Assembly: GCA_965240325.2 (NCBI GenBank)
Contig: OZ251241.1
Location: 682,001 to 746,000 of the forward strand
Direction of reading: 5' to 3'
From: Rebecca billardiae RCC1528
Taxonomy: Eukaryota; Protista; Haptophyta
Length of the DNA stretch: 64,000 nt
How positions within the stretch are numbered: the first letter of the stretch is position 1; every line of letters begins with the position of its first letter. A program made the position numbers and the translations under genes. The notes below the pieces were generated by a model that worked only from the letters and a program-made list of their open reading frames with translations, was not told where the DNA came from and made no database searches. Of this stretch, positions 1 to 18,184 are shown in pieces.

Positions 1-75
1 CCGGCGCGCGTCGCGCCTTGACGGCCGCCAATGCCCATCCCGCGCCGCTGCCGCCACCCACGCGCCTGCTGGCAG

Positions 76-335
76 GATGGTCGCCCTGATGGAGCCGGAG
101 AAGAGCTGGGTCGGCAGGTGGCAGGGCATCTGTACGCCCGCCGCGCATGCGCGCGCGCGCTGTCGCCGCCGCCGCGGCTCACGCGCGCACTCGGCGCGAC
201 TGCGATGTTGCGCCCGCAGCCAAGCTGCACCCTGGGTGCTACGCGCTCAAGGTGTACGGCAACCTGGCGCCAGAAATGGTCGACATCCTCGAGGAGAACG
301 GCATCGCGTACACGCCCAACGAGGAGGACGACTGA
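76..335 (+). CDS. SPT4: Transcription elongation factor SPT4, last two exons (76-131, 220-335; intron 132-219); 5' part lies upstream of window
   Basis: Spliced translation MVALMEPEKSWVGRWQGISKLHPGCYALKVYGNL matches the SPT4 C-terminal motif; GT..CAG intron joins the frames. Confidence 0.88.
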
Positions 336-985
336 GCGGGGCGGGGGATGCGCTGGGGCTCGCGTCGAACACGGGGTGGGCTGCACAGGCTAGGTGCTGG
401 CGCAGCAACCGCGCCCGTGCACGAGCCGACCCCGGCGGGCGCGGCGTGCGCTGCAGCCAAGTTGTCCGCCACTCCGCCCACTCGTCGGTCATGTCGTCAT
501 CACGGCATGAGCATCATGGTAGTCGCCGGAATCGGACGACGACTGACTCTGTCAAGGCCGTATGTCGGCATGACTACGGCATCAAATGATGCAGTACACG
601 TACGCGCAGCCGGATGGATTCGGTGATGATGAGACAGGATGAGTGCGGATCTGTGCAGTGGATGGATGTCGTGATATTGTTGGATCTAATAACTCAGCAT
701 GTTATGCCGCGCCGACGAGTGACGATGACTATCTGTCATCTGATACTACAGCATGCGACTACTCAGTCAGCGCCAGTCGCCGGGGGCCCGCGCGGAGTCA
801 GGGACTAGCAGCAGGGACAGTCCCGCGCCCGCCGCGCGGGCGCGGCCAGCACGTTGCGTGCAGTCGTTCAGGCACCGCCACCACTACTTCTGGCAGGCAC
901 GGTCTGGCACCGAGCCGTCGGAGCCTAAAAGACTATAAAAGTTTTATATACTGAGTGAGTAAAAGTAAGTTAAAGTAGTAGTAGC

Positions 986-1298
<313 letters not shown>

Positions 1299-1456
1299 CG
1301 ACTACGACAGTCACGGACCGCGGACGCGTGCGCTAAGACTAACTAAGTGCATGCAGCGCTGCTAAGTAGTGCTGATGCTAACCGCGCCGCCATCTTTATT
1401 CTCTGCCCGGCGGCCCATCGGCATCAATCAGATCAGGCCACCAGATGAATTACATA

Positions 1457-1894
1457 GTGGGGTCAGAGCTCCGACCGTTACACTCTCGGGTGCCACAATC
1501 TCCCGAAATCTCTTAGCATGAACTATCACACGGGTATTTACTTGGACGAACTAGTTATAGTATAGCTAGGCGTTAAGGCTTAATTCCAGGGTGTAGAATC
1601 CGCCTGTGCCAATTTCAGACTGATGCCAAAATGTGATCTAGACGGTGCGATTCTGGTGCAAATAGCGAGATCACCTTGGAGATCGTGTATCTCCCCTACT
1701 AATGAGTGCCCGAGATCGCGTCGAGATTGAGGTCGTATATCTCCAGTATGTGACATTTTTTCGCAAAACTTGTCAGCGTGACCCCAGCTCATTTCAGGCC
1801 GAATATTGACATCCCGAAGTTTGAGAGCCTCATCTCAAGACGACAGGAAGTTGGATTTTGGGCCACGCACCCCCCAGTGGGGCTCTGACCCGCC
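1457..1894. mobile_element. Possible MITE with imperfect ~16-bp TIRs flanked by TA
   Basis: GTGGGGTCAGAGCTCC at the left end vs GGGGCTCTGACCCGCC at the right end (13/16 complementary); TA on both sides; lower-GC non-coding interior. Confidence 0.4.
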
Positions 1895-2330
1895 TAGAAA
1901 GTATGAATTACAGGTTGAATACGCCGTACTAGCTAATAATTGGCAGACGGCGGACGCGAATAATCGGCCTGGTATAGTGAGTGCCGCCGGCGCCGCGCCC
2001 GCCGGCGGTCACTGCCGCGGTCAGTGGCGTCACCCGACAGCCGCCCAGTGATGTATAAGTCACCCGCCGGAAGGCGGGAAGGCGGAAGGCGTTGTCGTAG
2101 TCACGCGGCTCACTCTCATTGGCGGAACGCCGGGCACTCGGGCGCAGCGCCAGTGAGGCTCGTCCCGAAGCTCGCACGGTGGCTGCCGGTCGTGTGGCAA
2201 GACATGGGCACTCGCAAGCGTCCATCGCTCCGTGCTCGCGTCGCCTGCGGCCTGCCCGCCGGCCTGATCGTGCTGAAAGTGCCCGCTGCAGTCAGTCACG
2301 GCGGCTGCACTCGCCAGGCGAGCGCGCGCC

Positions 2331-3290
2331 TCACAGCTGCAGAGGCTTCTTCAGATCGATCAGCTCGTTGAGCTCGCGGTAGAACGCGTCGATGTTGCGC
2401 TTGGCCTCCTCGGGCGGCACCCGACCCGACGCGGGCACCTGCATGAGCGTCTGCTCCATCTCGAGCAGCGCGTCCAGCCGCTTGTTCACCTTGTTGGTGA
2501 ACGTCTTGGTGATGAAGTTGCCGCCCTCGTCCTCCTCCTCCGCCTCCGCCTGCCGCTCCGCCTCGATGAGGCCCTGGACGAACTGCAGGGCGGAGTTGCC
2601 CTCGGAGTCCTCGAGCTTCGTGTCCGCGCCGCACTTGAGCAGCACCTCCGCCGTGAACGGCTTGTTGTACCCGATCGCCATCAGCAGTGGCGAGTAGTTC
2701 TGCTTGATCACGTTGATCTCCGCGCCCGCCTTGGCGAGGACGACCACGCCAGGCGCGAGCCCGGTGGCCGCGCAGAGGTGCATCGCGGTGAAGCCCTTGT
2801 CGTCGATCGCGTCGAGGGGCGCACCCTCGTCCACCAGCCGCTTGATCTTGCGCACGTCGCCGTCGCGCGACGCGGCGACCAGCTCCCTGCCAATGTCCTC
2901 CGGCTCGCGTGTTCCCTTCACGCGCTCGCCTGGCGCGCGCACGGTGACCTGCGAGGAGCCGTCGTCCGGCATGACGACATCGATGGGCTCGATCGGCGCC
3001 GACGATTTGCGCACGGTGACCTTCACGCCATCGTCGCTCGCCGCAGGGGGCTGTGCATCCGCGGATGGCCGGCGCACCGTCACCGACACGTCACTCTCGG
3101 TGGACGAAGGCGGCCTGATCGTGACCTCCCCGTCCGACTCGGAGGAGGCGAGGGCGGAGATCGTTCTCACAGCGGGGGCGTGACGCGGACTGGCGCGCGA
3201 GAGCAGCGCGCGCGCCCTAGGCGCCGCGGCTGCCTCGGCGACGCCGAGGAGGACGGCGCAGACGGCGCACGTGGCCAGACGTGGAGCCAT
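2331..3290 (-). CDS. Ankyrin-repeat protein with signal peptide plus transit-like leader (probably plastid-targeted)
   Basis: GFTAMHLCAATG and YSPLLMAIGYN ankyrin repeats; hydrophobic N-terminus MAPRLATCAVCAVLLGVAEA followed by an Ala/Arg/Ser-rich stretch. Confidence 0.8.
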   Translation of the reverse strand: MAPRLATCAVCAVLLGVAEAAAAPRARALLSRASPRHAPAVRTISALASSESDGEVTIRPPSSTESDVSVTVRRPSADAQPPAASDDGVKVTVRKSSAPIEPIDVVMPDDGSSQVTVRAPGERVKGTREPEDIGRELVAASRDGDVRKIKRLVDEGAPLDAIDDKGFTAMHLCAATGLAPGVVVLAKAGAEINVIKQNYSPLLMAIGYNKPFTAEVLLKCGADTKLEDSEGNSALQFVQGLIEAERQAEAEEEDEGGNFITKTFTNKVNKRLDALLEMEQTLMQVPASGRVPPEEAKRNIDAFYRELNELIDLKKPLQL

Positions 3291-3647
3291 GGCCGTACGT
3301 CTGGAAATCGCGATGATTTCCATCAAGCACGACGTGCACTTGATGCGGGTAAATCGTAATTAGGTTCGAATAGTCGCTGTGCAATACATGATTACTTGGC
3401 GGCCGCCCGACTCCCACCCTTGGCGGCTGAGTTGGCGCAGCAGTGCCGCCCCTTGAAGGCCACGTACCTGACGGCCGGCCGGCAGGCGTAGGCGTCTCGG
3501 GACGGAGCGGCACTGCTGGGGCTGAGCAGTATAGTCTTGTGAGCCGGGCAAGGGCGCCTGGTCTGCCATCAGACCGGTAATTAGGCGGTTAGGCCCGTGC
3601 CGCGCGGACTGAGTCGACTCAGTCGAGCAGGCTGCGACGGACTCAGC

Positions 3648-9307
<5,660 letters not shown>

Positions 9308-9833
9308 TAGGCCGCCGCGCCGCAGCCTCTTCGTCCGCCCCATGTCCGTTGGCTTCCGCAGCAAACCGCAGCGACTTGCCCGTGACTTGGCAGACGATCA
9401 CTCGGTCACGAGACACCGACGATGCCAGCAAGCGTCACAGGCACAGCGTCACTCGCGAGTCGCGGTCTGCACGGGCTCGGGCTCGGGCCGGCTCGCGCTG
9501 GCAGCTGACTCAGCAGTCAGCTGCATGAAGGCGGTAGTGCCCATAGGGGCTGAGACTCGCCCCTGGACTAACAGGGCTGGTCCGAACCTTTCAACTAGAC
9601 CGCATCAACGTCGATGACGGCGTCGTACTCGTCGGTTGGCGTTGGCAGCCGATCGCCGAGGGCGAGGGCCATCGAGCGCGGCCGCGCCTGTGCGCCTTGG
9701 TGCGCCCAACTGGACTGCTCCTTTGACTCACGTCCCGGACTCCAAGCTGCTCGAGGAACTCGGGCGGCGGTCGTGTGCTGCGACGACTCACTGGTAGTAC
9801 CTGGCGGGCGCCCACCCTCGAGGGCGGCCGGGC

Positions 9834-12211
9834 ATGTGCGATGCCGCGTGCGCGGACGAGACCCTGGCCTCATGCGTGGTGGAATGCTCGGCGCCTCTGG
9901 AGATAACGGCGACGATGATTCTGTCGCCCGTCGTGCTCATCTGCCTCTCCGCCCTCTTCAGCGGGCTGACGCTCGGGCTGATGTCGCTCGACACGACCGG
10001 GCTCGAGATCATCATCGCGGGCGGCAAGGAGCCGGATAAATCGCGCGCAGAGAAGATCCTGCCGCTGCGGAAGAAAGGCAACCAGCTGCTCTGCACGCTC
10101 CTCCTGTCGAACACCCTCGTGAACGCTCTGCTCGCGATCCTGATGGGCGACATGACGTCAGGCGTGATCGGCGGCCTGCTCGCGACAGGCATCATCGTCG
10201 TCTTCGGTGAGATCATCCCGCAGGCGACGTGCAGCAGGCATGCCCTCCTCGTCGGCTCCATCTGCATCGAGCCCGTCCGCCTGTGCATGCTCATCCTCAC
10301 CCCCGTCACGCTCCCCATGTCGATGGTCCTCGACTACATGCTCGGGCACGAGATCACGGCTGGCCGCACCAAGCGCGAGCTCGAGCACCTGCTGCACATG
10401 CAGGAGACGACGGACCACCACACGGCGCACGACGGTATGGGCGGCTCGCCGTCGCCGCGCAAGGAGTTCATCACCACCACCGAGAAGAAGCTCCTCGGCG
10501 GCGCGCTCAAGCTCTCGGAGAAGGCGGTGCACGACGTGATGACCAGCTTTGACAACATCTTCATGATCGACAACCACGGCTGCCTCGACTTCCGCACGCT
10601 GCGCGAGATCTACCGCTCGGGGTACACGCGCGTCCCCGTGTACGAGGACGCGCGCAACAATCTCATCGGCGTGCTCAACACGAAGGACCTCGTCCTCGTC
10701 GACGCCGACGACGAGCTTCCGGTGCGCCGGCGCGCGCCGTGGCGGCCGCGCGCGGCGCGTTGCTGCGCCGGGCGCGCGCCGCCAGAGCCGGTGTGCGGCG
10801 CGCGTCTGAGCGCGCACACCTGCCGCGCCCGCGTCGCGCCGCCGCCCGCGCGCAGATCTCGGAGATCATGGCCGCGTGCGGCCGGCCCATCTTCACCGTG
10901 CAGCACGACATGCCGCTCGACCAGATGCTCACCAAGTTCAAGGAGAGCCGCACGCACCTCGCGCTCGTGCAGGTCGACCCGAGCTCGCCCGCCAAGGTGC
11001 GGCGCGAGGCGCCCGTGGACGGCGGCGAGGAGGCGGGCGCGGGCCAAGAGGCGGAGGAGGCTGGGCCGGAGAGCGCGGGGTCGGCGCTGCCGGGCGGCGC
11101 AGACCCGCGCGCGGCGGAGCTGCGGCCCGCGCCGCCGGACGCGGCCGAGCCCGCGGGCGTCGAGGCCGTGGGGTACCTGGGCTACCCTGAGGCGATCACC
11201 GTGTCTGCGAACGGCGCGTCCGTGCCGTACATCGTCGGCATCGTCACGCTGGAGGACGTGCTCGAGGAGCTGCTGCAGGCGGAGATCGTGGACGAGAACG
11301 ACCGGGTGGAGGACAACGTGACGCTGCGCAACATCACCGGCCGGCTCAAGGAGCTCGCTGACCGGCGGTTTGCCTTCCTCGACATGCTGCAGCACCAGCC
11401 GCGCTCGCTCATGATGTCGACCTCGGTCGGGCCCAAGCCGGGCGCGCACACGCTGGGCGAGATCAAGATGACGTCGACCGAGCTCGCGGCGGTGTGCTCG
11501 TTCCTCGCGGGCAACGCGCCGCAGTTCTCGCCCGAGGTGATGAGCAGCGACATGCTGCTCACGCTCATCATGCAGTGCCGCGTGTGCGACGTGCTGCCCG
11601 GCACGCCCGCCGCGCTCATCTGCCTGCGCGGCGCGCAGTGCTCCGTCGCCTACCTGGTGCTGCAGGGCCGCGTGCGCGTGGTCGCGGGCTCCGAGGCGTT
11701 CAAGACGGAGCTCGGGCCGTGGACGCTGCTCGCGGGCAAGTCGCTCGACGTGGAGGACTACTGCCCCGACTTCACCGCGACTATCGTCGAGCACGCGCGC
11801 CTGCTGCTCATCAGCGGCGCCTCGTACCGCCAGCTCGCCATCAACGCGACCGACATGAAGCTCGCGAGCCAGATGATCCGGCTGGGGCAGGAGCACAGCG
11901 ACGTGGGCTGGCCGTCGGTCGAGCGCTCCGCGAGCACGAACGCGCCGATGATGAGCACCCCGGGCGACGTCGCGTTGCTCACGCCCGCGGCGGAGATCGC
12001 GACCGCGCGGCGCATCGTCTCGGAGCCGGGCGGGCTCGGGCCGTCGTCCATGTTCAGCGCATTCAGCGCCGGCATGCGGCTGCCGCGCATCTCACATGAC
12101 GCGCCCGCGGAGGAAGAGGCGCGCAGCAGCAGAGACGCCACGCGCAACAGCCGGGAGGGCACGCACCAGCCCACGCGAATATCCCGGAACGGCTCCGGCG
12201 ATCACGTCTGA
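9834..12211 (+). CDS. CNNM: CNNM/DUF21 metal (Mg2+) transporter with CBS pair and CNBH-like domain; intron 10722-10855
   Basis: LSALFSGLTLGLMSLD, NQLLCTLLLSN, FGEIIPQA, SGYTRVPVY, GIVTLEDVLEELLQAEIVDEND. Confidence 0.93.
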
Positions 12212-12294
12212 GCTGAGGATGACTCCGATCGTGATCCGGACGGCGGCCGCGCCCGCGGCCGCGGTCATGATGGTCGGAGGAGCCCGGCGGCGCG

Positions 12295-14906
12295 CCGGCT
12301 CTTGGAAAAGGCGTAACGTCCGTATTTCATACGCAGGCCCCTGAGGGAGGGACCTGCGCAGGTTCCTGATACGGAAGGTCCCTAGTGTGACAGATTGTCG
12401 TCTGTCAGTGTCTGAGTGCACGACGGTCTGAGCGCGCGCGCGCGCGGCGCGCCGCGCGCGCAGCGCGCGCTGGCGCAGTGTCTGGTGAGCTGAGTTGCGT
12501 TGCTGGTGGAGCGGCGCGGCGCGCGCGCCGCAGGCGCGCGCGGCGCGCAGAGCCGCGCGCTACACGCCAAAACGACGCGCGAGGCCCTTACGATGCAAAT
12601 GCTTCAATCCGCACCTCGATCCGAGTTGATGGTGAAGAGTTATGGCTGTTTTCGTGCGCGCTGGCCCGCAGGGGCGGCGGGCGCGGGGCTGCGTGATGTA
12701 GACCTCGATGCCGACATTGGCGCAAGCGACAAGCGCAGGGCGCTCACTGCGCAGGCGTGAGCACGGGGCAGGGGGATGTCAGCACACGCGCGCCGGCGCC
12801 GTGTTGGGCGGCGGGCGCGCCGCGCGCGTGCCACCGTGCACCTTCCAGATGTCAGCGGGCAGCTTGGACCCTCCGCGCCCGTGCTTCTGCACGACCTTGC
12901 TCTGCTCGGCGCGGTTCCGCGTGGCCGCGGAGGTGTGCGTGAAGTGCCACGCCCTGCCCTTGAAGTGGATCGACAGCGCGCGATCGAGGAAGGGGATGCA
13001 CTCGGCGAGGTGCGGCTTGGGCGCGTTCCAGCAGACCACTGCTTCCTTGACGCCCGCCTTGAACGAGAGGTGGCGCCCCGGCGTCGCGCAGCGGTCCCAC
13101 ACGCCTCCAATGCCCTCGACGACCGCCTCAGACGCGCCCTTGAGCGCGCAGTGCTGGAAGAGGTAGAGGTAGCTGGGGCAGCACTCGTAGAACTTGGGAA
13201 GAGAGAAGACGTCCTGCGCGAGCACGGTCGAGCTGGTCGCCCCGAGCCACCGCGCGCGGTGCAGCTCACTCGCGTCGATCAGCAAGCGGCAGAGCGCGTT
13301 GAACTCGCCGACGACCACCTCGTCTCGCGGCAGCGTGATGCCGTGCCACCGGGAAGCAGAGTCGGGCGCGCCGACAAAGTCGGCGACGGTGCGCGCGCCG
13401 CGCGCGGAGCCGGAGGGCGTTCCGGCAGACGGGCGCGCCCAGCCGGCGAGGGTGCGCAGATGCCCAGCAGCAAGAGCGCGGTACTGCTCGCCCTCGACGC
13501 TCAAGCTGGCCATCTTGCGCAGGTCGAGGCAGCCCGCCATCGCCGCGAGCAGATGCTCGGCGCTGCCCTGCTGCCGAAACCTGCGCAGCTCGTAGTTGTC
13601 AGCGATGCGCTTCGCCATCTCGGCGACGCCGTTCAGCGCAAACTTGATCGCGCGCCGCGCCTCCTCCGCTTTGGGCTTCGACTCGATCATCGGGAACTCG
13701 CGGCGGAAAGCTGCGCCGAGCCGCAGCTCCGAGGGCAGCGTCAGCGAGATCGCCTTGTGCTCGCGAATCAGCTGCGGCGTGCAGTTCTCGAGGTCGGCCA
13801 TGTTGGCGCGCAGGAACTCGAGAGCGGGCACGCCAAGCTGCTGCGAGCCGGCCGGCGCGGGCATCACGCGCGACACGTCGCCTCGGCGCAGGTCGCCAGC
13901 GAGTTGACGCCTTGACGGAGGAGCTCGATAAATGCGCGAGGGGCAGCATCGCACTCCCGCAGCAGCGAGTTCACCTCTTGCTTGCTCAGGGAGGGACGCG
14001 TCGACGGCTCATCTGCTCGCTGGTGCGCGCCACCTGCATGAGCAGCGACCCGTGGCTCGAGGGCGGCAGCAGTGCGTGTGACGCGTCATCACCGTTGCCA
14101 TCGCTGTCTGCTTGAGTCAAATCCAGTGCGTCGGCAGCAGCGCAGTCGTCGGCTGCGCTCGCCCGCGGCCCTGGCGGCGTCCAGCTGGGCTGTCTCGCCC
14201 GCGGCTCTGGCGGCGTCCAGCTGGCGGACTGGACGTCGCCGGATTCGTCGATGCGCCGGCGCCTCGGGTCCGCGCGCGCTGCGTCCGCAGCACCTGCATC
14301 GTCATCGTCAGAGTCCGCGTCCTCGATGGGGTCGGACGCGAGCTCAACCGCGCCGCGCTTGAAGCAGTGAAACGCAGCGAAAGCTTGCTGCTGCCTCGAG
14401 AGTAGCGCCTCGTAGGCTGCGCACAACCGCCTGTGCTTCGCCAGGTTCTTCGCGCAGAACTCGTAGTGGCAGCCCTCGCACGTCGCCTTCTCGCTCGCGT
14501 CTCGTCGGGGCATCGTGGGTGCGCCCGCCCGGGCGGCGGGCGCGGCCGGCCGCGGAAGTTCTAAAGTACCGTGTCTCGCCTGCCTGAGCTGTGTGCGTCT
14601 CTTATTCTTATTAGTAAACTGTACGGTCCGTTGGTTCAGTAACGGTAGTGTCTGACGACGTACGCGACTGTCTGTCAATCTGTTATCTATCATGATCGAT
14701 TGTCAATGTAGATCTCAATAAGGCACAACCGCACAAGAGTTGAGAGTGTGTGACTTGTACGCTGCGAGTATGCGACCGTGCGACACAGTTACGGCGTTAC
14801 GCGTAACCCGTTGGCCGTTACGCCCGTTAGGCCGTTACGCTGGCAGGTCCCCTGAGGCTGAGCGCCCACAGTGTACGCAGGTCCCTCAGCAGATTCCAAG
14901 AGCCGG
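12295..14906 (-). mobile_element. hAT-family DNA transposon, probably internally deleted/non-autonomous
   Basis: 13-bp TIR CCGGCTCTTGGAA at both ends; perfect 8-bp TSD GCGGCGCG (12287-12294, 14907-14914); subterminal inverted repeat GAGGGACCTGCG (12347-12358 / 14876-14887). Confidence 0.9.
12779..14513 (-). pseudogene. Disrupted hAT-like transposase
   Basis: N-terminal Zn-finger-like CEGC..H..C from the ATG at 14513; C-terminal ASEAVVEGIG resembles the hAT dimerisation-region motif; frame breaks near 13900-14040. Confidence 0.65.
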
Positions 14907-15559
14907 GCGGCGCGGTCACGGAATGTCATCATCACTCAGACTCCGTCATCATCAGTTCTGGGGATCGATTACGAACAATAGTCATAATATGACTAGGTTC
15001 GTTTATTTAATCGGGGTGACTATGTTAGAATGTCACATAATTCTGACTCAGAGCAGTCCGCCGCGTTCCACTGCCCGTGCTGCCGGTGCCAGACCGCGGA
15101 GACCGCAGACAGTGTGAGTGAGACTGCCAGAGCCCAGAGGGGCGGCAGAGGCCCGGCCGGAGACGCCCGGAGGCCGCGGCGCGCGCCGCCGGCGCGATCC
15201 GATGAGTCAGCCGGGAGTCAGGCAGATCCGACCCGCGCGGGCGGCAGCGCGAGACACCGGTCACCGCCCGATCAGTGGCGGGACACGGCTACCGCGTGAC
15301 CCATACCCGCTGGCGCTGGCGTCTGGTAAGTGACGTCCCGAGAGTCCGCGGCAGCCTGGCAGCACTCTTGCGCCGCGCAGCGCCGGAGCCCCAGCCTCGC
15401 CGCGGCGCGCAGTCGGGTGGCGTCAAAGTAGTCCTGCTTCAACGTCGAGTGGTGCTCTAGACATGAATACCATGGATGGTGTTGGTCTCGCTTGAGGCAC
15501 ACGAGGGGCTCGACCTGCGGTCGGATAAGTCACGACACATAGTAGCACAGGTGGAACGC

Positions 15560-15724
15560 CTATTGAGTCTTGACGCGCACTCGCTCTGCGGCCACCGCCG
15601 GCCTCTCGCCAATGAAGACGGAGATCGCCCAGAATGCGAGCGCTCCAACGTGCAGAAGGAGAAGCCCGCCGATCGCCATCGTCGCGTTCGGCGAGAGCGG
15701 GCTGGTCTCGAGGATCGACGCCAT
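15560..15724 (-). CDS. 54-aa single-pass membrane microprotein MASILETSPLSPNATMAIGGLLLLHVGALAFWAISVFIGERPAVAAERVRVKTQ
   Basis: Clean ATG..TAG ORF below the track cutoff; GC3-rich codons; one TM helix; basic tail; divergent from the 16001 gene. Confidence 0.7.
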   Translation of the reverse strand: MASILETSPLSPNATMAIGGLLLLHVGALAFWAISVFIGERPAVAAERVRVKTQ

Positions 15725-16000
15725 GCCGCCTGGGCGCGAGCTTACGTACGCGCCTTGGTCGCTCAGCGGCTGCGGTTCCTGGGACCGTGTGTCGTGTGAA
15801 GATCAAAGAGGGAAGACGACTCCGCGCGGCGGAACCGCGGAAACTTCCTGGTATCCTTCCGCTGCATCCCGTCGTTCGCCGCTTACCTTCGAGGCCGACG
15901 GCGGTCCAAGGGCTGAGGAGCGCACGACGGCTTGTGACACGGTGAAGGCGACGGCGGGCGCCGCAAGCTGGTCTTCTAACTCGAAAGCACGCCCTTCACA

Positions 16001-16429
16001 ATGGTGGACGGCATGCGCGTCGTGTCGATGCTTGGCGCCGGTGCAGCCCTCACTGTAGGCATCATCCATGTCTGGCTGTCCTTCGCCGAAGCATCCGTGA
16101 GCTTGTCTTGGTCCAACGGCTCATGGATCGAGGAGATCAACGATACGTGGCAGCATGCCTTCGAGCTCACACCAGACGCCATCGTTGAGCATTGGCAGGC
16201 ACTGATCATCGGCATCATCGCCTTTGGGCAGCACTCTGAAGCCATGCGCGTGCGAGCTTTTTACGCGACGTGGTTTCAGATGTGCCTATTCTACGTGTTT
16301 GTGGCATTCTTCGGCTGCTTTGGGTACGCCGGTAACATCGGTATCATCGCAGGGGCGTTATGCCTTGTTTCAGCCGCTATCAGCCTGGGCATGGCTCTTG
16401 GGAGGCCTTCATCCGCGCCCCTCTGGTGA
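16001..16429 (+). CDS. Uncharacterised 142-aa protein with ~4 TM helices
   Basis: Four hydrophobic segments; FGYAGNIGII motif; protein-like composition. Confidence 0.72.
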   Translation: MVDGMRVVSMLGAGAALTVGIIHVWLSFAEASVSLSWSNGSWIEEINDTWQHAFELTPDAIVEHWQALIIGIIAFGQHSEAMRVRAFYATWFQMCLFYVFVAFFGCFGYAGNIGIIAGALCLVSAAISLGMALGRPSSAPLW

Positions 16430-17391
16430 TTGTGAGGCGTCAGCAGGCACGGGCTGCGTGGTCAGCGGCGGGCCGAACCCGAAGCCGCCATGATGATGGA
16501 TCATTCACTCACGTGCGACTGTGACGACAGTCGGGCATCCGCTTACTACGTCGCCCCCCGTTGTGACGACCGGTGCAGTGGCGGTGGCCCCGGAGCCCGC
16601 CGGTCCGAACTCCGCCCGAGCGCGCCACTATCTCGCCAGATCGGGCGGGCCGCGCGGCGACCGTCTAGACGCGCGACATTATAAAAGTAATCATTATTGA
16701 TGAGTCCGCATATGACTGCTGACGCGCCGCCGAGTACTCAACTAGACGGCGATCGATGATGCCCCTGACGTCGACGACGTGACGACATTATATTGAGTCC
16801 GCATATAAGTGATGACTGCTAATGCGCCGAGAGAGTAGTACTCTACTGTGATCTGTCTGCACTACTCAACTGACTCCTGCGCACGGCTCGGGACTTTATG
16901 ACGGAGTGACTACCGCCGGAGTGACTGACTGATGCGTGATGGCCGCGGCCGCGCTCGCGGCTCGGCGGAGCGTTGCGCCAGCTGCCGAGCTGGACAAACG
17001 CGAAGGACCCAAGCTGCAGAAATCATCATGCACCTGTGGTGGGTAGTAAATGGCATACGGATCTATACTACTTTTGTTATGACAAGGAGGTAGAGCGTGG
17101 CGGAACAAAATTCATATATATATATATATGAATATATATATATATGAATATATATATATTCATATATATTTATATATTTAACGACGTGGCAGCATCGGGG
17201 TGCCAAGCGTCAGGCTCAGAGTGCAACAGACACATAGAATGCGTCCGCGCCTTCCGTCCAGGTCAGACAGTGCGCCACCCGCAGCCCTGCCCCCCTACGG
17301 GAGCGGGGCCGGGATGGAGCACCGCCTCGGCCTGGGGCACGCGGCGGCGACGGCAGATGCCGCCGCGGCCGAGCGCCTTCCGGAGCACTTG

Positions 17392-17650
17392 GATGAGGGT
17401 GAGGTCGTAGTCGATGTCGCCGCCCGCCGACCTAGCGGCGAGCAGCTCCGGCAAGCGGCAGCCGCGGCTGTCGCCCCCGTGCGCCCGCGTGGGCGCCTGG
17501 ATGAGGATGAGGTCGTAGTACGCGTCGCCGCGCGCCGGCCAAGCGGCGCGCAGCTGCAGGAGAGGGGCTTGGAGAGTGAGCGCGACGCCTAGCGCGCTCT
17601 GGGCGATGAAGCAGATGAGGTGGTAGTCGATGTCGCAGCCCGGCCCGCCG
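17392..17650. repeat. Three degenerate ~108-113-bp tandem units (core GAGGTCGTAGTCGATGTCGC)
   Basis: Units begin near 17392, 17500 and 17613; AT/TA-rich tracts on both sides of the block. Confidence 0.7.
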
Positions 17651-18184
17651 GCGGGCTGCTGCAGATGCAGTGCTTGATGCTGGGGAACCTGGCCCCTGGG
17701 CTCGTCACACCCCGCAATATTGAAACTAGCGAGATATATCTGCATGAGATCGACGAATAATCGCGAAATCGTGTTTATTTGTCCAGCTGGCGCAACGCCC
17801 CTGTGAGTCAGAGTGGCTGTGAGTGTGAGTGTGACACTGCAACCAGTGACGCGCGCGACTCATATCAGCGCGAGATAAATGCATGGATATATATATATAT
17901 ATATAATTATTATAATTACATTATAATAATAATATAATTATATATATTATTATAATAATGGCATCAGCGTCAACAGCCAGAATCGCGCGGTAGCTACGGT
18001 TAAGAGTAGTGCTGCAGCTGCTGGCAGCATCAATAATAATAATGATGATGACGAGCAGGCGCTGATATAGCGCGACTGAACGAACCCGCTGCCGCTGGCA
18101 ATATGAATAGGTACGCGACCGTCGGTGGATTGGCATTATCGGCCATGCCCGGAAGTGAGCCACACGCCTCTGGCCTCGCCTCAC

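Noticed and set aside
10998-11160. Possible extra intron in the CNNM CBS2 region
   Set aside because: Donor-like AAG/GTGCGG present but no convincing acceptor; reads as a low-complexity in-frame loop
9591-16750. Shared TCAACTAGAC as Helitron 3' ends
   Set aside because: Too short; no subterminal hairpin or following T
17392-17650. Spaced repeats as a CRISPR-like array
   Set aside because: Only three degenerate units with related spacers, eukaryotic context, no cas genes
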